Source: Escherichia phage AV112. Taken from it: a stretch of DNA of 64,000 nt. Shown piece after piece: positions 12,083 to 21,576 of this stretch. Below the pieces are notes generated by a model that was given only the letters and a program-made list of their open reading frames with translations, had not been told where the DNA came from and ran no database searches. The translations under genes and the position numbers were made by a program. The stretch lies in sequence record OR352942.1. One strand, 5' to 3'. Within the stretch, counting starts at the first letter, position 1. Every line of letters starts with the position of its first letter.

Positions 12083-12120
12083 AAAAAAAAAGGGACCTTA
12101 CGGTCCCTTTTTTTTTATGA
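12081..12120. terminator. Bidirectional terminator between gene 24 and rnlB (A10-GGGACC-uuac-GGUCCC-T10)
   Basis: Hairpin flanked by A-run and T-run, between convergent genes. Confidence 0.8.
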
Positions 12121-13113
12121 TACTAATTCAATCCATGCAGGACGCAGAACATCTTGCACCATTCGGACTAATTCTTTCTTAACAAGATTCGGATTATCAG
12201 ATGATGTTAATACAATACCTTCACGAGAAGTTTCTTCCAGAATATCTTGAACAGTCAATCCCATCACTTTGCCAAAATCTTTTGGCGTTACAGTCCCAAT
12301 CTTAGAAATCACATTATTAACACGATTTAATGTAACATAACAAGCTAGAACATCAAGCAAGTTTTTGTCAATTTCGGTTAATGGAACCTGAGTTTTAATA
12401 GGCTTATCAGACTTTTTCTTTTCACTGAATTTAGAGTTCTTGCACTTAATAGCTACACGAGTACCGTTTGGCAGCCATTTAGGGAAACAAGGCTTCAGAA
12501 CATAACCTTCTGCCGTATTATCGCCAATAACATTAGCATCAAATACACAATTATTTGCCTCTACAAGGTCTTCTGACGCAGTAGCATTATAAGCGGCTAA
12601 GACGGAATCAAGGTCGTTCGGAATCATGATAAGAGAATCAAATGTTCCACGACCAAGCATTGGTGCCATTTTAAAACCGAATTCATTACAGAAATCTTGC
12701 ATTTCGTAATCGGTCAAATACGTATTATCACCACTTTCTGTATTGATAAGGATATCGAACACATAAAAATCTTTTTCACCGTAGTCAACACCTTTCTGGA
12801 TTCCACCGCCAGCGAATTCACCGAATACTTGATATGATACGGCTCGAGCTGCGTGCATTAATTCCTGAACGGCTTTAATAGCTTTATCATACTTCTTGAG
12901 TACGATTTCATAGCCGTAAAAATCTTCTGCTGGAAGAATAGGGCCTGTGCGCTTGGCGCATGTGACGTTGTCACGTTCAATTATTAACGAGAAGTTGGTC
13001 CCGTGGATCTTCTCACGTGCTACCCAAACACCAGTAGTCAAACCGTTAGTGTAGAGGTTTTCAATAAACTTAGAGTTGTAGTGGTTTTCAAGACTGCTGT
13101 ATTTCTTAAACAT
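12115..13113 (-). CDS. rnlB: RNA ligase 2 (RnlB)
   Basis: 332 aa; N-terminus [16 protein letters not shown] and adenylation motif EKIHGTNFS match T4 Rnl2. Confidence 0.9.
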   Translation of the reverse strand: MFKKYSSLENHYNSKFIENLYTNGLTTGVWVAREKIHGTNFSLIIERDNVTCAKRTGPILPAEDFYGYEIVLKKYDKAIKAVQELMHAARAVSYQVFGEFAGGGIQKGVDYGEKDFYVFDILINTESGDNTYLTDYEMQDFCNEFGFKMAPMLGRGTFDSLIMIPNDLDSVLAAYNATASEDLVEANNCVFDANVIGDNTAEGYVLKPCFPKWLPNGTRVAIKCKNSKFSEKKKSDKPIKTQVPLTEIDKNLLDVLACYVTLNRVNNVISKIGTVTPKDFGKVMGLTVQDILEETSREGIVLTSSDNPNLVKKELVRMVQDVLRPAWIELVS

Positions 13114-13199
13114 AAATCACCATTATAAATAATAATATCAAAATAATTAGCAGAGACTCTATCTCTGTCCCAATGTTTAATTTGAATGGATAGAACCTA

Positions 13200-13235
13200 G
13201 ATTCATTATACCATCAAAAAATGTAAAGCATACTA
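13200..13235 (-). promoter_or_regulatory. Possible MotA-dependent middle promoter (MotA box TGCTTTA, 13 nt, TATAAT)
   Basis: Read on minus strand upstream of rnlB. Confidence 0.4.
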
Positions 13236-13484
13236 GAACTTGATTTCTATCCAGTGCCCATCACGCTGGTCGTGATTAATTTTGTACTGAAAGCCGTTAT
13301 CACGGAACCACTGCCCGATTTGCTCGGTGATAGTTAAATCATTCTTTGACGGATAGTATGTAAATTGTGTCTGGCCTTTGTCAGCGGCTTTCTCTGCCAT
13401 CACAGAGAAGTTAGTAATAAAATCTTTCAACAAATTGGCTTTAGTGGCCAGGGCCCTTTCTCTTAATTCCTGTGCAAAACTCAT
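13233..13484 (-). CDS. Hypothetical protein (T4 24.2/24.3-region ORF)
   Basis: 83-aa ORF, position between rnlB and hoc. Confidence 0.55.
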   Translation of the reverse strand: MSFAQELRERALATKANLLKDFITNFSVMAEKAADKGQTQFTYYPSKNDLTITEQIGQWFRDNGFQYKINHDQRDGHWIEIKF

Positions 13485-13681
13485 TTCTTCACCTTTTTGT
13501 TAATAAAACGTTTACGGTATACAACTTTTTCTTTTGCTTTAAACTTTGACCGAGCTGTCTCGGCTTTAGTCCATAGTAATCCAACTTCTTTAGGTTGTAA
13601 ACCGATTTTTTGAGCAATTTCTACGAATGAAAATCCCGCCTCATGTAATGTATAAACTTCAACTTCAGCTCTCATAATCAA
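13481..13681 (-). CDS. Hypothetical small basic protein (T4 24.x-region ORF)
   Basis: 66-aa ORF, overlaps downstream ORF start by 4 nt. Confidence 0.55.
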   Translation of the reverse strand: MIMRAEVEVYTLHEAGFSFVEIAQKIGLQPKEVGLLWTKAETARSKFKAKEKVVYRKRFINKKVKK

Positions 13682-13756
13682 TCCCGTATTATTTGGTTTG
13701 TGCCATTATACACATCAATCTCAAGATGTGTTTTGTATGCTTTAAAAACGAAGAAA

Positions 13757-13770
13757 GGGGCCGAAGCCCC
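13757..13770 (-). terminator. Hairpin terminator downstream of hoc (GGGGC-UUCG-GCCCC)
   Basis: UUCG tetraloop hairpin then T-rich tract on minus strand. Confidence 0.55.
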
Positions 13771-13776
13771 TTACGA

Positions 13777-14628
13777 TTATTGATAGGTATAGATGATACC
13801 AGTTTCTAAAGCAGTTTTATGAATGATGTATCCATTACGTGATTCTTGAACATCAACTTCTGGATAATCTTGCAACATCTTCTGAAGAGTGTAACGATGC
13901 AGGTAGTATTTACTATCTGGATCTTCAGTTTTCCAATCTTTACCTTCTTCGGTCATTTTTTGGATTTCATCCATAACCCACCAACCGCACCAGATGTAAG
14001 CTGAAGTACGATGTGGAAGAGGATGAACATAAGGTAATTCGCCTTCTGGTTCTTGAGCAACTTTATCATTCACAGTCAGTGATACTTCATTCGAAGTAAC
14101 TTCCTTTGCATCATAATCTGTCGCTGTTACTTGAGCTACACACTTAATTGTTTTAACTCCGCTTGTGGAAGGAGTGTAATTAAATGTAGCAGAAGTTGCT
14201 TCGCCTACAGGAGAACCGTCAACGTACCACTGATACGTAGCAGATGCGCCTGATGGTTGAGAAGCTAAAGCAGCAGTAAATTCAACAGGAGTTCCAATCG
14301 CTCCAGCAGCAGGACTATCAGGAGTTACAGCTAAGGTAGTTGACTGAGTTTTATTTTTAACTGTGATAGTTGTTGTCGCTTCAGCCGTTTCCGGGCCTCC
14401 TTCAGAAAGTGTATTTGTTGCAACAACTTTAATTGTTTTTGTTCCAGCAGGTCCTTTTAACACATAATCAAAAGTTGCTTCAGATCCATCTTGTTGAACA
14501 TTATCTACAGTCCAAGCATAGGTAATAGTTCCACCTCCAGTTTCACCACTGGGTGTAGCAGTAAACTGCTGAGTCTGATCTATAACTCCAGTAGGTGTTT
14601 TAGGAGTTATATCAACTGTAAAAGTCAT
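13777..14628 (-). CDS. hoc: Hoc head outer capsid protein (283 aa; shorter than T4 Hoc)
   Basis: N-terminus MTFTVDITPKTPTGVID and C-terminal capsid-binding region match T4 Hoc; Ig-like repeats. Confidence 0.9.
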   Translation of the reverse strand: MTFTVDITPKTPTGVIDQTQQFTATPSGETGGGTITYAWTVDNVQQDGSEATFDYVLKGPAGTKTIKVVATNTLSEGGPETAEATTTITVKNKTQSTTLAVTPDSPAAGAIGTPVEFTAALASQPSGASATYQWYVDGSPVGEATSATFNYTPSTSGVKTIKCVAQVTATDYDAKEVTSNEVSLTVNDKVAQEPEGELPYVHPLPHRTSAYIWCGWWVMDEIQKMTEEGKDWKTEDPDSKYYLHRYTLQKMLQDYPEVDVQESRNGYIIHKTALETGIIYTYQ

Positions 14629-14637
14629 AAGTTATCC

Positions 14638-15306
14638 TTATTTTAATGTTACGAAAGAAGAATTGCGTGTTTCACGAATTAGAACTGATCCGTCGCGATT
14701 AATGTAATAAATTAAGCTAAATAAAGTTTGGTGAGCAGAAGCATGCACAAAACTAGTTGGGCGAGATTTCCAATCTGGGGTTTCGGCTATCCATTGATAA
14801 ATCCACCAAGGAACAGTAACATATCCTGGGCCTTTGCCTAATTTAATGAGTGTAGGACTAAAATTTTCAGGCAGAACAAATTTTACTTCTTTATTTACAT
14901 CTGCCTCAGGCTCTTTTTCAGATTCAACAACCTGAGTAATTGCTTCTTCGAATTTATCATGGTCGAATTCTTTTTCTTGTTCGACAACTTCTAATACTTC
15001 AACTTGTTCTGTTGGAGAATCAAACAACAGAATAGCTTCTTCTTTAACTTCTTCGTTGGTGAAATTAACACCGTCCACATCATCTGCGGCAGTAATTAAA
15101 TCGGTGATAGATAATCCATCAGTTTCAGGTAATGGTTCATCAGCCAGTGCTTTAAGAGCTTCTTCGATATCAATAACAATATTATCGAATGATTTTGTTT
15201 TCTTAACACTAATCCCAAATTGTTCTGCGTATTCAAACAGTTTAGCTTTGGCTTCCTTTTTATCAGAAAGAGCACGTAACTCTTCAATATAGTCTTTATC
15301 GATCAT
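14638..15306 (-). CDS. inh: Inh, inhibitor of prohead protease
   Basis: 222 aa (T4 Inh 226); position between hoc and uvsW. Confidence 0.8.
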   Translation of the reverse strand: MIDKDYIEELRALSDKKEAKAKLFEYAEQFGISVKKTKSFDNIVIDIEEALKALADEPLPETDGLSITDLITAADDVDGVNFTNEEVKEEAILLFDSPTEQVEVLEVVEQEKEFDHDKFEEAITQVVESEKEPEADVNKEVKFVLPENFSPTLIKLGKGPGYVTVPWWIYQWIAETPDWKSRPTSFVHASAHQTLFSLIYYINRDGSVLIRETRNSSFVTLK

Positions 15307-15319
15307 GGTATTTCCTCAT

Positions 15320-15327
15320 TATAAATA
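15320..15327 (+). promoter_or_regulatory. Late promoter TATAAATA (uvsW)
   Basis: Exact TATAAATA in motif CATTATAAATATAACTATA. Confidence 0.7.
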
Positions 15328-15356
15328 TAACTATATTTATTACATGGTAATTTGAC

Positions 15357-16871
15357 ATGACTGACATTAAAGTACATTTTTATGATTTTAGTCACGTGCG
15401 CATTGAATGCGACGAAAGTACGTTTTACGAACTTCGTGACTTTTTTAGTTTTGAAGCTGACGGGTATAAATTTAACCCAAAATATCGCTATGGGAACTGG
15501 GATGGTAGAATTCGACTTTTAGATTATAACCGTTTGTTACCATATGGACTTGTAGGACAAATAAAAAAGTTCTGTAATAATATGAGTTATTCTGTATGGA
15601 TTGACCCTAAAATATTTGAGACCGAAGACCTTACCAGGGAAGATTTTGACGCATGGCTTTCTAAACAAGAAATTTATTCGGGCAACTCCAAAATCGAACC
15701 ACATTGGTATCAAAAAGATGCAGTATACGAAGGATTAGTTAATCGTCGTCGAATTTTAAACCTTCCGACATCAGCAGGTAAATCACTAATCCAAGCACTT
15801 TTAGCTCGATATTATCTAGAGAACTATGAAGGTAAAATTCTCATTATCGTCCCTACAACAGCATTGACAACCCAGATGGCTAATGATTTTGTTGATTATC
15901 GCTTGTTTAGTCATTCGATGATTAAGAAAATTGGCGGTGGTGCTGATAAAGCAGACAGAGCTAAAAACGACGCTCCAATTATTGTTGGCACATGGCAAAC
16001 AGTAGTTAAGCAGCCTAAAGAATGGTTCTCTCAGTTCGGTATGATGATGAATGATGAATGCCACTTAGCAACAGGCAAAAGTATTTCTTCAATCATCTCA
16101 GGATTAAATAATTGCATGTTTAAATTCGGTTTATCTGGCTCATTAAGAGATGGAAAAGCCAATGTAATGCAGTACGTAGGTATGTTCGGCGAAATCTTCC
16201 GTCCTGTTAGCACGTCTAAATTAATGGAAGACGGACAGGTAACTGAGCTTAAGATTAATAGTATTTTCCTTCGTTATCCGGACGAATTCACCGTTAAATT
16301 AAAAGGTAAAACATACCAAGAAGAAGTTAAAATTATTACCGGACTAAAACGACGTACAAAGTGGATTGCTCAACTTTCAGTCAAATTGGCTAAGAAAGAC
16401 GAGAACGCCTTTGTAATGTTTAAACACGTTACACACGGTAAAGAAATATTTGAAGCTATTAAAGAGCTTGGATACGAAAAAGTTTATTACGTATCAGGTG
16501 AAGTTGATACTGAAACACGTAACGCGCTTAAAGTCATGGCAGAAAATGGTAAAGGCATTATTATTGTCGCATCATATGGAGTATTCTCTACTGGTATTTC
16601 AGTCAAGAATCTTCATCATGTTATTTTTGCCCATGGTGTTAAATCAAAAATTATCGTACTTCAAACCGTAGGTCGCGTGCTTCGTAAGCATGGTTCTAAA
16701 GCTGTTGCTACAGTTTGGGATCTCATCGATGACGCAGGTGTAAAACCTAAATCATTAAATACTAAAAAGAAGTATACTCATCTTAATTACTTGTTAAAAC
16801 ACGGTATTGATCGTATCCAACGTTACGCTGATGAGAAATTTAACTATGTAATGAAAACAATTAATTTATAA
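15357..16871 (+). CDS. uvsW: UvsW DNA/RNA helicase
   Basis: 504 aa; Walker A PTSAGKS and DExH box NDECH; late promoter upstream. Confidence 0.9.
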   Translation: MTDIKVHFYDFSHVRIECDESTFYELRDFFSFEADGYKFNPKYRYGNWDGRIRLLDYNRLLPYGLVGQIKKFCNNMSYSVWIDPKIFETEDLTREDFDAWLSKQEIYSGNSKIEPHWYQKDAVYEGLVNRRRILNLPTSAGKSLIQALLARYYLENYEGKILIIVPTTALTTQMANDFVDYRLFSHSMIKKIGGGADKADRAKNDAPIIVGTWQTVVKQPKEWFSQFGMMMNDECHLATGKSISSIISGLNNCMFKFGLSGSLRDGKANVMQYVGMFGEIFRPVSTSKLMEDGQVTELKINSIFLRYPDEFTVKLKGKTYQEEVKIITGLKRRTKWIAQLSVKLAKKDENAFVMFKHVTHGKEIFEAIKELGYEKVYYVSGEVDTETRNALKVMAENGKGIIIVASYGVFSTGISVKNLHHVIFAHGVKSKIIVLQTVGRVLRKHGSKAVATVWDLIDDAGVKPKSLNTKKKYTHLNYLLKHGIDRIQRYADEKFNYVMKTINL

Positions 16872-16882
16872 GGGCTTCGGCC
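16871..16882 (+). other. Intercistronic UUCG hairpin between uvsW and uvsW.1
   Basis: GGGC-UUCG-GCCC directly before the uvsW.1 RBS; no U-run. Confidence 0.5.
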
Positions 16883-16896
16883 CTTAGGAGATAAAA

Positions 16897-17127
16897 ATGG
16901 TACTTGAATTTAAACAATTTTTATACGAAGCATCTATTGACGAATTCATGGGTAAAATTGCTAGTTGTCATACCTTAGAAGGGCTTGAAGAATTGGAAGC
17001 TTATTATAAGAAACGTATAAAAGAAACGAAATTAAAAGATACAGATGATATTTCTGTCAGGGATGCCTTAGCAGGGAAGCGTGCCGAACTTGAAGGCGAC
17101 GATGATGATGAGGAAGAAGACTTCTAA
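16897..17127 (+). CDS. uvsW.1: UvsW.1 small acidic protein
   Basis: 76 aa as in T4 UvsW.1; follows uvsW after hairpin and RBS. Confidence 0.8.
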   Translation: MVLEFKQFLYEASIDEFMGKIASCHTLEGLEELEAYYKKRIKETKLKDTDDISVRDALAGKRAELEGDDDDEEEDF

Positions 17128-17183
17128 TTAAAAAAGGCCCGACCTTTTTGGAAGGGCCAAAACCATAGGCAAAAAAGGTAACA

Positions 17184-17351
17184 CTATAGTAAAAGTTGGG
17201 TTTCGTTCAATTGCTCTTCTGAACTTTCTGAAACCGGCATTTGTTGGACATAATTATAACAAGGCCCAGGATGTGCTGGTCCTTTGTCTGTTTCAACAAC
17301 CAATGCAGAATCGATTGGAGTTTTACAGACAACACAAATCTTATCTGACAT
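17184..17351 (-). CDS. Small Cys-rich (zinc-ribbon-like) protein, uvsY-upstream ORF
   Basis: 55-aa ORF not in supplied track (below cutoff); MSDKICVVCKTP...GPCYNY; hand-translated. Confidence 0.5.
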   Translation of the reverse strand: MSDKICVVCKTPIDSALVVETDKGPAHPGPCYNYVQQMPVSESSEEQLNETQLLL

Positions 17352-17383
17352 GATTGCCTCCTAAGTTGAAATTACATATCTAT

Positions 17384-17608
17384 TTATACAACTCGCATGC
17401 ACATATCGATACCCATATCTTTTGTATAAAAATACTCGTCGATGTACCCAGCAAACTTCCCTTTAATATAAAGGACGTCTTCGCCACAAGGGTGGTCTGC
17501 CAGGATATTCGTATCCTGGCGACGTAGACGATACTTTTCCATTAAGAATTTAATTTCAGTTTCAAATTCTTCATCATTATTAAAGGCATCTTCAATTGAA
17601 TAACGCAT
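17384..17608 (-). CDS. Hypothetical protein (uvsY.-1/-2 region)
   Basis: 74-aa ORF ending at uvsY start region. Confidence 0.6.
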   Translation of the reverse strand: MRYSIEDAFNNDEEFETEIKFLMEKYRLRRQDTNILADHPCGEDVLYIKGKFAGYIDEYFYTKDMGIDMCMRVV

Positions 17609-18021
17609 TATTGCCCCGCTTCAAATTCTCGCATATCTTGGATATGTTTAAGTGCAAAACTACGAGACTTAACTGCGTCAAGTGCACCACTACAGAACTC
17701 AAGTAAAATTCCCCAGTATTGTAAAGTAGTCTCTATTTTAAGTACATCTTTATCAGCAGCCAGGACAGTTTTCATTTCAGACTTCTCGTATCGGTCCATA
17801 CTGAATTCATCACCGTCACCTCGTCCCGAGTAGTAGTCTAATCTTGCTTTTAGAGCAGTTTTCTTCTGAGTCTCTATACGCAACATTTCTTTACGAATAA
17901 ATGAGTGCTTACGTAGCCATTTGCTGTATAACTTAACATTATTCGCCGTCTCATATTGCAACTTTGTCATATCAATAGCTAAGTCTGCGTCTAACTCTTC
18001 CTGTAAATCTTCCAGCTTCAT
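17608..18021 (-). CDS. uvsY: UvsY recombination mediator
   Basis: Trimmed to internal ATG (MKLEDLQEEL...) giving 137 aa as in T4 UvsY; the 164-aa track ORF has an extension not expected from T4. Confidence 0.85.
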   Translation of the reverse strand: MKLEDLQEELDADLAIDMTKLQYETANNVKLYSKWLRKHSFIRKEMLRIETQKKTALKARLDYYSGRGDGDEFSMDRYEKSEMKTVLAADKDVLKIETTLQYWGILLEFCSGALDAVKSRSFALKHIQDMREFEAGQ

Positions 18022-18101
18022 AATGTTCTCTCTTTTAACTAATAATCTCCCGGCTGTATCGGAAGGACCTAAAACCATTATACACAGGTTGCCTTGAAGC
18101 A

Positions 18102-18500
18102 TTACACTCTATTGCTTGACGCTAACTGAAGTTTAATTTGTTCAATATCATCAGGGTTGTCTACGACCGAAAATCTAATCTCTACTATAACCGTATAGTC
18201 ATCATATACTGGCGTTACACTCACAGAAAGTTTGTCGATGCGTGGCTCATAGTTACGAACAGCTGCCTGGATATTACGCTCAATCGTATCGGCTGTAAGT
18301 GGTGTCATGTTCTCGAAAAGTTCGTCGACCAAATCGCATCCAAATTCAGGGTCGAAGGGGCGTGAGCCTTTTCTAGTTGTCACTATGCCAAGAAGACTAT
18401 TTTTAATAGAACGAAGTCCTACAGAACGAGCAACGTCCTTGTTCCAATCCATACGCATTTCTGGGTCGATATCTGAATAAAGTTTATTGATATTAGACAT
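18102..18500 (-). CDS. 25: Baseplate wedge protein gp25
   Basis: 132 aa as in T4 gp25; synteny. Confidence 0.9.
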   Translation of the reverse strand: MSNINKLYSDIDPEMRMDWNKDVARSVGLRSIKNSLLGIVTTRKGSRPFDPEFGCDLVDELFENMTPLTADTIERNIQAAVRNYEPRIDKLSVSVTPVYDDYTVIVEIRFSVVDNPDDIEQIKLQLASSNRV

Positions 18501-19126
18501 TATAGTAACTCAAAGAATTCTTTGAGGCCTCGTATTGTGTGAACGTGTGACGCCCCACATTTGGGACATTTAATAGGGGTTGCCAGATAAATTGATGGCG
18601 ATACTAAAAGATTTTTAATATTGATCATGTCATCTTCTGTTATAAGGCCGTAAAGGTCGTTTATTTCTGCTTCAGTTAAATCTTCAACAGGGATGGACTC
18701 TCCATTGACAAAAACAGCCTCAATACATGAAGCAATCATTAATGCGATATTTTTATCGTCAAATAATTTAGGTTGACGGAACTTAATTTTAATACCACTG
18801 AACGAATACCAGGGATCGGCCTGTTCATCTAATTGAGTGTGCAATAAATTCATATAGACTTGAAATGAATGCCCACAGGAACAATTCCAGGTGTGTTCTT
18901 GATTCACTTCACCTAATGAATGTGCCCACAGATTTACCAACAATAACTCGGCTTCTTGTTTAGTCAAGTTTTTAGCGTTAGAACAATTAGTGATAATATC
19001 GTTCACTGCTGATTCAATAGTACCGGTAGCCCGCGCACCTATGAGTCCTAAATATTCTTTTAAAGTAAAGGCTCTGCAATTCACTTCTTTATCGCCTAAA
19101 CGTACGGTAAACGTATATTTGTACAT
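18500..19126 (-). CDS. 26: Baseplate hub protein gp26
   Basis: 208 aa as in T4; divergent from gene 51 as in T4. Confidence 0.85.
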   Translation of the reverse strand: MYKYTFTVRLGDKEVNCRAFTLKEYLGLIGARATGTIESAVNDIITNCSNAKNLTKQEAELLLVNLWAHSLGEVNQEHTWNCSCGHSFQVYMNLLHTQLDEQADPWYSFSGIKIKFRQPKLFDDKNIALMIASCIEAVFVNGESIPVEDLTEAEINDLYGLITEDDMINIKNLLVSPSIYLATPIKCPKCGASHVHTIRGLKEFFELL

Positions 19127-19148
19127 GTTAACTCCTTTATTGTGTATT

Positions 19149-19156
19149 TATAAATA
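19149..19156 (+). promoter_or_regulatory. Late promoter TATAAATA (gene 51)
   Basis: Exact TATAAATA 18 nt upstream of start. Confidence 0.65.
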
Positions 19157-19173
19157 ATAGAAAAGGAGTAATT

Positions 19174-19926
19174 ATGGCTAATATAATTCGTTGTAAATTA
19201 CCGGATGGTGTTCATCGTTTTAAGCCGTTCACTGTGGCGGATTATAGAGACTTTTTACTAGTTAGAAATGATATCGAACATCGTTCGCCACAAGAACAAA
19301 AAGAAATAATTGCCGATCTGATTGATGATTATTTTGGCGAATACCCTAAAACATGGCAACCATTTATATTCCTGCAAGTTTTTGCAGGCTCTATAGGCAA
19401 AACAAAAGTTCCCGTTATTTTCACTTGCCCTAAATGCTCTAAAGAAAAAACTGCACCATTTGAGATATATCAAAAAGAACTAGTCGAACCTGAACTTGAT
19501 GTTGCTGGTATAAAAATACGTTTTTCTTTCCCTGAAAAGTTTTATGACAATAAAGCATTAATGATAAGTGAAAACATAAAAGAAATATATTATAATGATG
19601 AATGGTACCCATGGAATGATTTGACTGAAGAGAACCAAATCCAAGTAATAGAAGCAATAGACATTGACTCACTCGAAAAGGTTATTGCTTCTATGAACCC
19701 TATTAATTTGACCCTTAGATTAGGTTGTTGTGAACGTCATGTTAAAACATATACTGATATCTTAGAGGTTTTTAAATTGTTAGTTAACCCTGATGAGATT
19801 TTTACATTCTATCAGATAAACCATTCACTAGTAAAGAGTCAATACACATTGGATTCTATTATGCAAATGATTCCTGTTGAACGTGGTATTGCTTTAACAT
19901 TAGTAGAAAAGGACCATAAAAAATGA
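19174..19926 (+). CDS. 51: Baseplate hub assembly protein gp51
   Basis: 250 aa (T4 249); late promoter 18 nt upstream. Confidence 0.85.
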   Translation: MANIIRCKLPDGVHRFKPFTVADYRDFLLVRNDIEHRSPQEQKEIIADLIDDYFGEYPKTWQPFIFLQVFAGSIGKTKVPVIFTCPKCSKEKTAPFEIYQKELVEPELDVAGIKIRFSFPEKFYDNKALMISENIKEIYYNDEWYPWNDLTEENQIQVIEAIDIDSLEKVIASMNPINLTLRLGCCERHVKTYTDILEVFKLLVNPDEIFTFYQINHSLVKSQYTLDSIMQMIPVERGIALTLVEKDHKK

Positions 19927-21095
19927 CAGTATTCCAACGTCCAGGATATCCTAACTTAAGCGTTAAATTATATCAAGATTATTCGGCTTGGCAAGAAAAT
20001 AGATACGTTGAACTCGCGGCAACAATAACAACTTTAACCATGCGAGATTCGCTATATGGAAGAAATGAAGGGATTCTTCAATTTTATGACACTAAAAACA
20101 TCCACACTAAAATGGATGGTAGACAGATAGTCCAAATCTCTGTTTCAAATTCAAACACCCCTCTCCAAGTTAGAACTCGAATTTATGGATGTAGACATTA
20201 TTCTGTGTCTGTGGACTCAAAAGGTGACAATATTATTGCAATTGAGCTTGGAACAATACATTCTATAGAGAATCTTAAATTTGGGCGACCATTCTTCTCA
20301 GACGCAGGAGAATCTATACGTGAAATGTTAGGTGTCATATATAAAGATCGTACGTTAATTACTCCGCCAATAAACACTATTAATGCTTATGTTCCTGATA
20401 TCCCTTGGACAAGCACATTTGATGATTATTTGGCATATGTCAGAGAATTAGGACTTGCTACAGCGAGTGATAAGTTCGTATTCGTATGGCAAGATATTTT
20501 AGGCGTAAACATGATTGACTACGATACTCTTATTGGTCAGGAAGGCATTAAGATGGTTGTAGGTGAGCCAAATACTGTAGGTCAGTATATTCAAGAGCTT
20601 GAGTATCCATTAGTATGGGATTTCACCTGGATGACTAAAGCTAACCAATTTACAAGAGACCCTATTAAAAACGCCACGATATTCGCTCATTCATTTTTAG
20701 ATACATCTATTCCGGTTATTGTTACAGGTGATGGTGATAATGCTATTCTTGTGTCAAGATCTGGTGGATATTCCGAAATGACCTATCGTAATGGATTTGA
20801 AGAAGCAAGTCGTCTTCAGACAATGGCTCAATATGACGGATATGCTAAATGCACTACTACAGGTAATTTTAACATAACGCCTGCTACTAAAATTATATTT
20901 GTTGACCAAAAGAACCAATTCAAATCCGAATTTTACGTGGATGAAGTTATTCATGAGTTATCAAATAACAACTCGCAAACTCATCTGTACATGTTTACCA
21001 ACTCAATGGTGTTAGAACCTGTTAACCCAGTTAAGGTTAAAAATGAACTTAAATCTGATTCTACCTCTAAAGAAAATAATTCTACCACAGTCTAA
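19923..21095 (+). CDS. 27: Baseplate hub protein gp27
   Basis: 390 aa (T4 391); synteny. Confidence 0.9.
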   Translation: MTVFQRPGYPNLSVKLYQDYSAWQENRYVELAATITTLTMRDSLYGRNEGILQFYDTKNIHTKMDGRQIVQISVSNSNTPLQVRTRIYGCRHYSVSVDSKGDNIIAIELGTIHSIENLKFGRPFFSDAGESIREMLGVIYKDRTLITPPINTINAYVPDIPWTSTFDDYLAYVRELGLATASDKFVFVWQDILGVNMIDYDTLIGQEGIKMVVGEPNTVGQYIQELEYPLVWDFTWMTKANQFTRDPIKNATIFAHSFLDTSIPVIVTGDGDNAILVSRSGGYSEMTYRNGFEEASRLQTMAQYDGYAKCTTTGNFNITPATKIIFVDQKNQFKSEFYVDEVIHELSNNNSQTHLYMFTNSMVLEPVNPVKVKNELKSDSTSKENNSTTV

Positions 21096-21576
21096 TAAAA
21101 AGGTAATGATTCCCAAATTAGGGCTCAAACATTATAATCTTTTAAAGGACGTTAAAGGTCCTGACGAAAACATGAAAATCTTAGCTGATTCTATTTGTAA
21201 AAATATGAGTCCCGCAGATTTTGATTTTGCATGTCTACACATATTGGAATTTAATAACAAACTTAAGTCTGAAGTTGAAAAAGATGGATTCACTTATAAA
21301 CTAGATGACGTCTATGTATGCCAACGAACGGAATTCCAATTTCAAGGTAATACTTTTTATTTTAGACCACCAGGCAAATTTGAACAATTCGCTACAATCA
21401 GTGAAATGCTATCAAATTGCTTAATAAAAGTTAATGACGAAGAGAAAGAAATTTCTTTCCTTGAGATGCCTGCTTTTGTAATCAAATGGGCAGAAGACCT
21501 TTCGACAACTATTGCTATTCCAGGCCCTAATGGCCCTATTAAGGGTATAGCAGAAATTATTGGATTGCTTGAATGA
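21043..21576 (+). CDS. 28: Baseplate hub distal subunit gp28
   Basis: 177 aa as in T4; overlaps gene 27 end. Confidence 0.8.
   Translation: MNLNLILPLKKIILPQSNKKVMIPKLGLKHYNLLKDVKGPDENMKILADSICKNMSPADFDFACLHILEFNNKLKSEVEKDGFTYKLDDVYVCQRTEFQFQGNTFYFRPPGKFEQFATISEMLSNCLIKVNDEEKEISFLEMPAFVIKWAEDLSTTIAIPGPNGPIKGIAEIIGLLE

Noticed and set aside
17137-17160. Possible bidirectional terminator between uvsW.1 and the small Cys-rich ORF
   Set aside because: The GGCCC/GGGCC arms are separated by a 13-nt loop and no clean stem-loop plus U-run could be drawn by eye; left uncalled.
17608-18102. 164-aa extended uvsY reading frame
   Set aside because: The first 27 codons are not expected from T4 UvsY; the internal ATG gives the 137-aa T4 length. 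The extended start cannot be excluded.
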